DNA of 64,000 nucleotides, taken from Octopus bimaculoides (taxonomy: Eukaryota). How positions within the stretch are numbered: position 1 is the first letter of the stretch; each line of letters starts with the position of its first letter. Below, piece by piece: positions 11,101 through 23,100 of this stretch. The position numbers were made by a program, and so were the translations under genes. The stretch covers positions 52,619,883 through 52,683,882 of the forward strand of contig NC_068993.1 of the NCBI RefSeq assembly GCF_001194135.2. The letters run 5' to 3'. The notes beneath the pieces are model-generated. The model searched no databases. It saw nothing but the letters and a program-made list of their open reading frames with translations, and was not told the DNA's origin.

Positions 11101-14100
11101 CATCGGGATCACAATCATGAAGTAGTGAGTTCTGTTACTAGGCTGAGCTGTGTGTTGTGTTCTTGAGCAAGACTCTTTATTTCACATTGCTCCAGTTCAC
11201 TCAGCTGTAGAAATGATTTGTGAAGTCACTGGTGCCAAGTTGTCTCAGCTTTTGCCTTTCCCTTGTATAACATCGGTGGCATGAAGAGGGGAGAGTGGTA
11301 TGCATGGGCGACTGCTGGTCTTCCATAAACAACTTTGCCCAGATTTGTACCTCGGAGGGGAACTTTCTAGGTGCAATCCCATGGTCTTTCATGATCAAAG
11401 GGGCTCCTTGTAAAGTACAACAAATGGATCTGTGAAGGACAATTACAGTGGCCTAAGTTTAGAAAGTCACTGGGTTTTATCAAAGTTATTGCAGTATTGG
11501 ATAAGGTGCAATGTGGGTTTGGTATCAGGATATGGAAAACTCTAGATGCCTTAGTTCAAAGCAAGCCAACTACAAGGGAAGTTCTTTGGTAAGAACACAC
11601 AATTTTGCTTTTGATCGGGACCTATTCTCTGATAGGAGCTGAGAAAATGGGATGGTAGTAAACGGCTTGAGAAGAACAATTCAATCTATCCCAGTACAAA
11701 TGCTTTCGTAAGACATGGGATGAGGTGGTGAAGCATGACCTTCGAATGTTGGACGTCACGAAGGCAATGACAAGTGACGGAGACCTTCGATGATATGCTG
11801 TGCTTGAGAAAACTCATCGAGTGAAGTGAAACTGTAGTCGTGGCTTGGAATAGTCGGCGTTAGGAAAGGCATCCCACCATAGAAACCATGCCAGATCAGA
11901 CTGGAGCCTGTTGCAGCTCTTTGGCTTACCAGTTCCAGTCAAACCATCTAACCCAGTGCTTCGCAGACCGGCGTTGGTCTGCGAGCCATCAGCTGCTGGT
12001 ATGTGGTTAGTTTCCAGAAAAGAAAGAGACATTATAAAATGCTTATGTAATATTGTATTATTTGTTTACAAAATAGATATACGATAAAAAAAATTGTCAG
12101 TTTTTATTATATTCATTATATATATTGTTTCTGGTATCAATTAATATTACTAAGAAATATTACTGGTGCCTGGCACATTGGGGAAAAAAACTGCTAGTAC
12201 GCCACATCAGATAGTTTGAGAAGCACTGTTCTAACCTATGCCAGCATGGAAAGCGGATGTTAAATGATGATGATGATGATGACAGTAGAACAGTCCCAGT
12301 CCTAACTAACTTGGGTTGAACTGATCTTTACTGCTTAATCCTATATGAAACCTAACCTTTTGGGTTTGATTTTAGTTTTTTTTTTATCACAAATATTTCA
12401 GTAAACACAGCACAGTCTCAATGGTTGTAAGTAAATCTACATTTTCTTGGTAAGAAGCATCCAGAAATCTAGCAACAATTTTCCATTAACCAGTCACCAG
12501 ATAATTCATCTGATACAGATAGTGCTTCCAGAAAATTGGCATCTCTGTTGATTGTTGTTGTTTCTGTGTATCCCAGGTGCTGACATAACTGACTATTTCA
12601 ATTACGGTTTCAATGAAGACACTTGGCAACAGTACTGTGAGAAACAGCGGCGATTACGTATGGAGAATCAAACCAACAAAATAATGGTTAGTACTTTCTG
12701 TCAACTGTTTTCCTTTGCTTTGGATGGATAGGTTTGCAACATTATATATTTTTATATGATTATGTATATATCTGCTGTGAGCTGAATTCGGATGTTTAAG
12801 GCAAGAACATTCTTCTCTGTAAAAGTTGGGTAGTTTTAAATGTGTGTGTGACTGTGAGTGTGTGTGCGTATGTGAGAGTGTGTGTGAGTGTGCTTGTATG
12901 TATAAAATGGGCTTCCATACATTTTCTGTCTTGTAAATTTCTCATGTGTATGACTTAAAATTGCATCCAGTATTCGGTCCCTGGTGAGGAAGTGCCAGGC
13001 TTTTGGGGGAGTGTGGAACCACTTCTTAGCCACTATTGTTCCTAGGTCTACTCTGACCTGGAGTAGTGGCACCTGTCAGGGTTCCAGCTATGGGGTAAGT
13101 TAGCATATAAATAGAAGTCAGCTGTGAATACAGGAATAAACAGCTCCAGGCCGAATCATGGGTGGCCCCTTGGCAAGGCCTAGCACTCGGTAACTACCCA
13201 AGCCAGGGGTTACAGCATGGTGGATGTGAACTATTTCAACAGTAAATATAGCTAGATGCTGAGAGGATGAACAGTGTCACTGGCCAGGATTATCCATTTC
13301 AGTTAGTGAACTACCACCATCATTTGTAAGTTGTGTCATGTGCAGGCAAGACGTTCAGATTTTAAAAGAACCAGTATGAATTATCAGTTTGGGCAAGCCA
13401 GCCAACTAGATGACGAAGGTATTTCACTGACAAATTATTAGTCAACTTGGGGCCGTGGTATAAAACACTCACCCAAAGTTCAGCGTTGTGAGATTTGAAC
13501 CAGAAACTATACGGTTTTGAAGTAAATTAATCAGCTATACAGCTAAACTTGAGTTTATTGAATGATTGAGGAATGTAAGTAAACCTCTAGTAGGAAGGGA
13601 TATGATCATGGATACATTGATCTGAGACTTAATTTTTAGTCAGGCTTATTGACTTCCTGGTTTGAGATGAAGTTGTTTACAGAGGTATTTAATCCTCAAT
13701 GTGAAAACATGATAGCACTACCTTTCATCTACTTAAACTTAACAATAAGGGAAGAGATTATATAATATTATTTAAAATATTATATTTGTCTGGACAGTGG
13801 GGGATGGCTCAGACAATACAATATATTTAACCTAATACTTTGATATTCTTAGCTCAAGTCCTACCCTGCTGTTTGATGAAAATAAGTGCCAGGATCATTT
13901 CTCATTCTTTGACAAATTTGGTTATTTTTCTAGTCAGAGAAAATCATTATTGTCACTGTATGTTAATTAAACATTTTTCTATTAAATAATTTCTTTATTT
14001 CAGGTTCACCATGCTGGTGCTCCAACACCTGTTGTTAACTCCCGAAGTACACCTGAAGAAAAACCAGCTGTATTAAACAGTAAGATTTCAAAAAATTTTA

Positions 14101-17100
14101 TATATCAATATATATGTGTGTATGTATGTATATATGTTGTTGCTGTTGTTTTAGCATTCACTTTTCCTTGCTTGCTACGGTCAGATGGAATTCACCGACA
14201 GATTTTCTACAACTCGATGCCCTTCCTGTTGCCAACCTTCACCTGTTTCCAAGCAAGGTGATATTTCTGTGGCTGGACATGTTATCACAGGAGACTATAA
14301 AACAAGAGACACCACTTGCTTACAAATTATGCATGATGTCATGACAAGGAGAAACAAAGACACCAGTATGTGTTTATACACATGCATACATATATGATAT
14401 GCTTCTTTCAGTTTCCATTTGCAAAATCTACTTTACTCAGAGTGCTGTACAGAGGGACGGAACCCAAAATCATGAGGTTGAGAAGTGAACTTCTTAACCA
14501 CCCAGCCACGTCTTAGCCTACATACATATATCTATGTGTGTGTGTATTTGTTTCTCCTTGTCTTGATATTGTGCACTAATTGTAAACAAACGTTACTGAT
14601 ATACAAACAGTATCATTTGTTTGTAATCTTCCATCTAAGTATGTCCAGCCTTTGTGTTTCTCATGTTCAAAGAGCTAGGAGAAATATTTCCTTGCTTGGA
14701 AACAGGTGAGGGTTGATGATAGGATGAGCATTCAGCCATAGAAAACCTGCCTCAACAAGTATCATTTGACCATGCAGGCATGTAAAAGTGAACGTTGACA
14801 TGAATCTTTGTAAAATAAAAGCTATAACGACCAAATATGTTTTGATTTCTTTTGATGTTTCTCTGAATTGCTGGTGATTTTTAATGTTTTTCACAGATGC
14901 TGGCAATACTCCTGTAAGTTTACTGGGTAAGCGAGCTGCACCTCCTCCTAACAGAAAAATGTCTGGTACAATAGACGTGATTGGAACTACAGCTAGAGAC
15001 TCAAGAAGACCAGCTCAGTCAGCTAATAATAGTGAACCCATACCAACCACAGATTCCAATGATTAGTGAGTAATGTTACACCACCCTAACTCTTTCTTTT
15101 AACTTACATATATATACTTGTTTGTCTTTTAAGCTTCATCATCATTTCAATGTTCACTTTTCCCTGCTTGCATGGCTCAGACGGATTTGTTGAGGCAATC
15201 TTTCTATGGCTGGATGCCCTACTTGGTGCCAACCATCACCTGTTTCCAAGCATGGTAATATTTTCCCATTGCCAGATGTGTTTTTACAGAAGACTGAAAA
15301 TGAAGGGCACTGTTTGTATGGCAGTGATGCTCACCTACAAACATCACAGGGCATCAAGACAAAACACTAACACACACACACACACACACACATACACATA
15401 TTGGGCTAGCCAGGTGTCTCCTCTCCTGCAAGACACCTGTTTTTGTCTCTCTGTCATACTCTAATCTCTCATCACCTGGAGAAAGTCACTACTTCAATAC
15501 TCCTCTACACATAACACACCTCTTAGCTGGTGCTACATAAAAAGCATCCAGCACATTCTATAAAGTGGTTGGTTTTAGGAAGAGCAACCTGTCATAGAAG
15601 CACTGCCAAAACAGTCGGTTCTGGTTGGTGCATTCTTCTGACTTGCCAGCTTCTGTCAAACTGTCCGCTCCATACTAGCATGAAAAGCATTAAAAATTTC
15701 TTTCTGCTGTAGTCTCTTATAGGCTTTTCCCCTGTTGTTTCTTAATTTCCACTCAGTACCAAGCTTGACATTGCTCGTTTGTTTACAAAATGTGTTTTAA
15801 AATGTTTACAAAACATGTCAACTATTGTTGACTAAATATTTTGACTGTTATCAGTCTCCTTCCAATCTTCTTACTGGACAACAGCAGCACCAATAAATCT
15901 GCTTTGGTTTGTTTATTTATTTTTTTCAAATTTTTATATATTTTAGCCGCAAGCCATATTCTGGAGTTGCACCTTCTGGTATTCAACCGCATCATCCCCA
16001 TTTGGCACAAATTCCTGAATATGGACTACCTCCACCTGGCATGCCACCCCCTGGTATGCCACCTCCAGGTCAGTATTGCTATGGTGCAAGCTCATCCTCA
16101 AGAAACACAAAAGTTTATTTTAATCTGCCATTTTATGCATGTGTGAACTGGATGTTTCCACTGATCTTAGTAATCACATGGAATACTTTATTAATGTTAG
16201 TACCCAGATGGACTTAGGTGGAGAAATAGCCAAAACTGTAAAGGATTGCACTAAATAATTACCAGTATTTAGTAGTTGCTTTCTAAATTCTGTTTTAGAT
16301 TCCATCTGTGAGTTCAGTGAAATGTTATGTGCATAAATTAGTTAAATTAACTGCATCAAGTATGGCTGTGTGGTTAAGAAGTTTGCTTTACAACCATATG
16401 GTTTCTGATTCAGTCCTCATGCACATCACCCTGAGTAAGTGTGGGCAGGTATCTACTACCGTCCTCAGGCAAGTGTCGTCTTCTATAGCCTCAGGCTGAC
16501 CAAAGTGGATTTGGTAGATAGAAACTGAAAGAAACCCATATATATGTGTTTCTCTCCCCCCCCCCCCCCNNNNNNNNNNNNNNNNNNNNACTTGACAACT
16601 GGTGTTGATGTGTTTATGCCCCCATATTTTAGCAGTTTTTGGCAAAAGGGACCGATAGAAAATGGAAACAGTACCGGGATGAGTTCATTTGACTAAAACT
16701 TCGAGGTGGTGCCCCAGCCTGGCCACAATGTAATGAATGAAACAAGTAAAGGATAAAAGATATATGAATCCCTAATCGCCTGCCTCAGAACCACATGGTT
16801 AGGGACTTGGTCCCACTGTGTAGATGTCAGCTAACATCCTATACTGTAGCCATAGGTTGACCAGTGCCTTGTAAGTGATTGAAAAATTCTTTTCTACTCT
16901 AGGCATAAGGCCTGAAATCTTTGGAGAGGGGGCCAGTCGACTAGTTCAACTCCATTATGCAACTGGTACTTAATTTATAGACCTCGAAAGGATGAAAGGC
17001 AAAGTCGACCTTGGCAGAATTTGAACTCAGAACATAAAGACAGACAAAATACCGCTAAGCATTTCGCCTGGTGTTCTAACATTTCTGCCAGCTCACTGCC

Positions 17101-20100
17101 TTATGATTAAGTGATTGAAAAATTAACATAGCTATTACCATATTGGGCAGTTACTATATTAATAGCAATTACCATTCTCGGCACTCATGTTAATAAATGA
17201 GTTAGAGAAAATAAAGCAGCTAGCATATGCCCCTTTGATACCTTCTTTACATAATATTCTATTGATGTTTGCTTATCTTTTACAGGTATGCCTCCACCTC
17301 CAGGAGTTGCAATGATCCCCCCAGCTTTCCCAGTACCCCCACCTACAACTGATGGCTATGATTGTAAGTATTACACAAACTACGTGTTTCTAATATGTCT
17401 TTAACTTTATATACTGGGTTGTTGTTTCTCTAGATTAACTTTTGTCTTTAAAACCTTATAAAATTCTTGAAATGGAAGAGCAATTCATATCACATCTTAT
17501 ATTAATTCACATCCAGAATTGAGTCTTAGTTCTGTGTAATATTCAAAACCTTGTTCGAGGTTCCACCATTTGGTGCTCTCTCACTCTTTAAATCTTTCGA
17601 ACAGCTTACAGTTACTGAAAATGTTTATTTTCAGCTGTCTCATTTTCCAACAGGGTAATTGAGTTGGCAGAATTGTTAGAGCATCACACAGAATGCCTTT
17701 CATTAATTTACATTCTGAGTTCAAATCTGATTGAAGTCAAGAAGTCTATTATGCTTTATCTCCTTCCCGTATTGATAAAGTACCATTCAAGTACTCAGGT
17801 CAATTGTAATCAATTAATCCCCTCTCCTTCAATTTACTGGCCTTGTGTCTAAATTAGAAATCATTAGTAAATTTTTCAACAGAGTGGTAGATTGACAAAG
17901 TCCCTTTTTTTTTTATTTCTTGTGGCTCTTTACATTCTGAGTTCAAATCCCACTGAGGTTCATCCTTCCAGGGTTGATAAAGTACCATTGAAATACTGTT
18001 GTTGAAGGTAATGACTAAGCCCCCCCCCCTCCCACTCAGTTTGCTTGATCCTCTCAAGTTAGAAATCATTATTAACTTCTACCAACAATCTGATGGGTTG
18101 GCAGAATCAGTTGAGCATCTGACAAAAGGCCTTTCATTATTTCTTTTGGCTCTTTGTTGTAGGAGTTCAAAGTCAGCTGAGGTCAACTTTGCCTTTGCCT
18201 TTCATCCTTCTGGGGCTTTTATAAAATCAAGTATCAGTCACTTATTTTTTTTTCCAAATTTTTTTTGAATCCTAAGACTTGAAAGGCCAGTTAACTGTTT
18301 TTTTGTTTTTTTTGGCCTATAAGTGACTGAGACTACAATGTTTCCCTTGAATGAGATGCCAGCCCTTTCCAAGGTTCAAGGTCAACAGTTTTCAGGGGAG
18401 AGGGCAAGTCAATTACATCAACCCCAGCACTTGACTGGTACTTTATTAACCCTGAAGGGATAAAAGGCAAAGTTGACCTTGGTGTGATTTGAACTCAGAA
18501 GAAATGCTACTATGCATTTTATCTGACGTACTAACAATTCTGCCAGCTTGCTACCTTATCAGTCAACTACTAGGATTAAAATAATCCACTTTACTCCTTC
18601 CCTAAATTTCAGGCCTTACGCATGTGTTAGTAATTATTATTTACTCTTTCCATTAAGAGAGATGTAATGGAGTAGAGATAAACTGCTAATTGTTAGTTGG
18701 TAACCTTGTATGAGTTTCCATTTACGTCACAAATAGCTTTTATAGAAGGCTTGAATGTCTTGGAAGTCTCTGGCTTTGTACATATGCAAGAGATCTTTTA
18801 TTTCTCTTTTTGTTTTTAAAATAGCTGTTGGTATATGTAATCGTGCTACAATTGTTCACATGTTAATTCCAACTTACCAATGGCTGATGCTACCTGTTGT
18901 TATGTTCTTATTGCAGAAATAACATCAGACTTGAAGTGGTGTTTTAAGTTACTGAAATACATTAAATTCTTTGATTTCTCTCTGATTCTTTTTGTTATTT
19001 TTAAAGAATTATACTGTTTGAAATATTTCTTTTTTTTTTTCTCTCTTTTCAGCTTATTATCAGCCACAGAACCAACCATCTGATCGGTAAATATTACTTT
19101 TTATTATAATTTGTTTGAATATTTTCAGTGCCATACATTACAATGTAAACTGTAAACTATGTAATCAATTAAAAAAAAAAAGTGGGGGGCCTTGATGCAA
19201 GCGAGGTAGTGTGGTTGAGAAGGTTGCTTCCCAACCTTGTGGTATTAGGATCAGTGCCCCAGCACAGCACCTTGGGTGGTTGTGTTCTACCATAACCCTT
19301 GGCTAACCAAAGTAACGCTAGTATCTGATTAGCCACTGTTTTTTCTATATATCGAGACAGAAGTTTGGCTAGCATATGGTGGTAGTGCATACCTGTTGCT
19401 GATGAAATGCAAGCATGCAGAAATCACTTGATCTAGCAATTTTTGCCCACTATTGATATTTCTGTGCTTTTTAGCACTATACATCTGCATGAGATACTTT
19501 CTCGAGATGGATACTGCAGTATTATATTTTAAGTATATATATATATTAAGAAGGATATGTAGATTGCTATCATCATCGTTTAACGTCCGCCTTCCATGCT
19601 AGCATGGGTTGGACGATTTGACTGAGGACTGGTGAAACCAGATGGCTACACCAGGCTCCAATCTGATTTGGCAGACTTTCTACAGCTGGATGCCCTTCCT
19701 AAANNNNNNNNNNNNNNNNNNNNNNNNNNNNNNNNNNNNNNNNNNNNNNNNNNNNNNNNNNNNNNNNNNNNNNNNNNNNNNNNNNNNNNNNNNNNNNNNN
19801 NNNNNNNNNNNNNNNNNNNNNNNNNNNNNNNNNNNNNNNNNNNNNNNNNNNNNNNNNNNNNNNNNNNNNNNNNNNNNNNNNNNNNNNNNNGCTATCATCA
19901 TCGTTTAACGTCCGCCTTCCATGCTAGCATGGGTTGGACGATTTGACTGAGGACTGGTGAAACCAGATGGCTACACCAGGCTCCAATCTGATTTGGCAGA
20001 CTTTCTACAGCTGGATGCCCTTCCTAAAGCCAACCACTCACAGAGTGTAGTGGGTGCTTTTACATGTCACCTGCATTGTCACTAATATCACTTCTATCTC

Positions 20101-23100
20101 TAATAACTAATAAAATGGTCAGATATTGTTAGTATTCATAAGGCAACAAGCTGGCAGAATTGTTAGAATGTCAGAAATATTGCTTAGTGACATTTCTTCT
20201 GGCTCTATTCATACTGAGTTCAAATCCTGCTGGGGTCTACTTTGTCTTTCACCTTTTACAATCAACTTACACTCACCTCAGAGTTTCTAGCCTTGTGCCA
20301 AAAACATTAGAATTATTATTATACTTGTTATTCATATTCAACCAAGGTTGACTTTGCCTTTCATCCTTTCAGAGTTGATGAAATAAATAGCAGTCAAATA
20401 CTGTGGTTGATGTGACCAATTAACCCCCTCTCACGAAATTTCAAGCCTTGTGCTTATATTCTAAAGGATTATTATACTTGTTATTATGTTGAACTCTCCC
20501 AAGGTGGCGAGCTGGCAGAATTGTTAGCTCATTGGACAAAACGCTTAGCAGTATTTTGCCCATCACTACATTCTAAGTTCAAATTCCACCGATGTCGACT
20601 TTGCCTTTCATCCTTTCAGGGTCAATAAGTTAAGCATCAGTGAAACAAACACTGGGGTTGATATAATTGACTAGTCCCCACCCTCACAGATTTGAGGCTT
20701 TGTGCTTCCAGTAGAAATGATTGTTGACCTCTCCAGTTGCCACATTTTATCCAATTATTTTTTTACACGACATTTATTGCAGCAATTCTAGCTATGAGGA
20801 ACGACAATCCTACAACTACGATAACAACCATCCATATTCCAATACATATTCAAACCCACCTCCACACTGGGAGAACAGGTATTGTGCTTAATTTATCATT
20901 GTATTCTGAATAGGTTAAGATTGTAATTAATGACAGGAATTTTAAGAGATTGTTGTTTCCATGCCCCTTTTTTTCTGTAAATGTAGTGGAACTCTGCTTC
21001 AAATTTTATTTGTGTTTATCTCTGCACTGCTACAACAGTTTAATATTGATTGGGGAGCAGTTACATTTTGCTTAGGCTACTTCCATAAGCTATAGCTGTC
21101 TGTCACTTGCAAGTGAATCTAACCTGATAAGATAAGCATGGACCATCATCATCATCATCGTTTAACGTCCACTTTCCATGCTAGCATGGGTTGGACGATT
21201 TGACTGAAGACTGGTGCAACCGGATGGCTACACCAGGCTCCAATCTAATTTGGCAGAGTTTCTACAGCTGGATGCCCTTCCTAACGCCAACCACTCAGAG
21301 AGTGTAGTGGGTGCTTTTACGTGTCACCTGCATGAAAACGGCCACGCTCGAAATGGTGTCTTTTATGTGCCACCCGNNNNNNNNNNNNNNNNNNNNNNNN
21401 NNNNNNNNNNNNNNNNNNNNNNNNNNNNNNNNNNNNNNNNNNNNNNNNNNNNNNNNNNNNNNNNNNNNNNNNNNNNNNNNNNNNNNNNNNNNNNNNNNNN
21501 NNNNNNNNNNNNNNNNNNNNNNNNNNNNNNNNNNNNNNNNNNNNNNNNNNNNNNNNNNNNNNNNNNNNNNNNNNNNNNNNNNNNNNNNNNNNNNNNNNNN
21601 NNNNNNNNNNNNNNNNNNNNNNNNNNNNNNNNNNNNNNNNNNNNNNNNNNNNNNNNNNNNNNNNNNNNNNNNNNNNNNNNNNNNNNNNNNNNNNNNNNNN
21701 NNNNNNNNNNNNNNNNNNNNNNNNNNNNNNNNNNNNNNNNNNNNNNNNNNNNNNNNNNNNNNNNNNNNNNNNNNNNNNNNNNNNNNNNNNNNNNNNNNNN
21801 NNNNNNNNNNNNNNNNNNNNNNNNNNNNNNNNNNNNNNNNNNNNNNNNNNNNNNNNNNNNNNNNNNNGGTATGCACACTGACATTACACATCCAGCGGAG
21901 CATACTGGCTTCATTCCTTGCGAGCTTACGCATGTCCTCAGCAGTCACAGCCCATGTTTCACTGCCATGTAGCATGGCTGTTCGTACGCATGCGTCATAC
22001 AGTCTGCCTTTTACCCTGAGTGAGAGTCCCTTTGTCGCCAGCAGAGGTAAGAGCTCTCTAAACTTGGCCCAGACTATTCTTATTCTAGCAGTCACACTTT
22101 CAGCGCACCCACCCCGACTACTAACTTGGTCACTTGCTTTAGTTGTGTGTATGTGGTCATGAGCAGACACAGGCAGTGTCTCAACCTTCCTTAACTTCAC
22201 CTAGCAGAACATCAGTGCTGTGACAGTTGGAAGGACAAAGTTTCACCAGCAGTTGACTGAACAGGAGAAACATGAAATGAAGCGCCTTGCTGAAAGACGC
22301 AACACACTGCCCAGTCCAGGAATTGAACACAGGGCCTAATGATTGTAAGCCCAACACCCTGAGCATTAGGTCGTGTGCTATTGTGACTACGTATTAAATA
22401 TTTTATTCTTTTTCTGAAAGTCATCTTGTCTCGGCTATCTTTCCTTTCCTGGGACAGATGCATTTTGTCAAACTCATTTTAAGTATTATTGTCATGTAGG
22501 GTTAAATATCATGGTTGATGTAGAATATCTCTCTTGGAATGTGAAGTGGAAAAGATGTCCTGGTTGTTTTTCCTGGAACTTAACCTAATTTAACCACATC
22601 ATGTGCTGGCCACTTGTTTAATATTAAGACATCTGAGTGGGACCTTATATAATTTCAGTGGTCACTCACTCTGCTAAAAGTAGCAGCTAAATCACTCCCT
22701 ACTGTTTTCTAGATGGAATGGACACATTACATAATGTGTCCAGTCCATGTCTGACCCAAGTTAAACAATATAATATCAGTATTAACTTGCTCAGATGTTG
22801 GCCCGCCTGTGTCTAACTTTACTCTTGCTTGGGAGCTCAAGAATAATGATTGAAGGCAAACTAATGGACAGAATCAGCTGCATTTTTTTCTCTGTATTTT
22901 GTTTATCATTGCTTTACCGAAAATCTGGCAGAGATGACTTTTAACCGATTCCCTCTTGAAATGTATCATTTCTACTTTGCCATATTTCTTCAGTTTCATT
23001 TGCTTGTCTCAAAATGACAATAATAATAATGTCTGATTTGTCACTCTACAGGCATCCCACAAGTCAGTCCACTCACAGGTTTGTTTATTCTTTATATCCT

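Noticed and set aside
20150-20720. Regularly spaced repeats suggestive of a CRISPR-like array
   Set aside because: Three diverged ~190-bp SINE copies in a eukaryotic intron, with no short identical repeats, unique spacers or cas genes.
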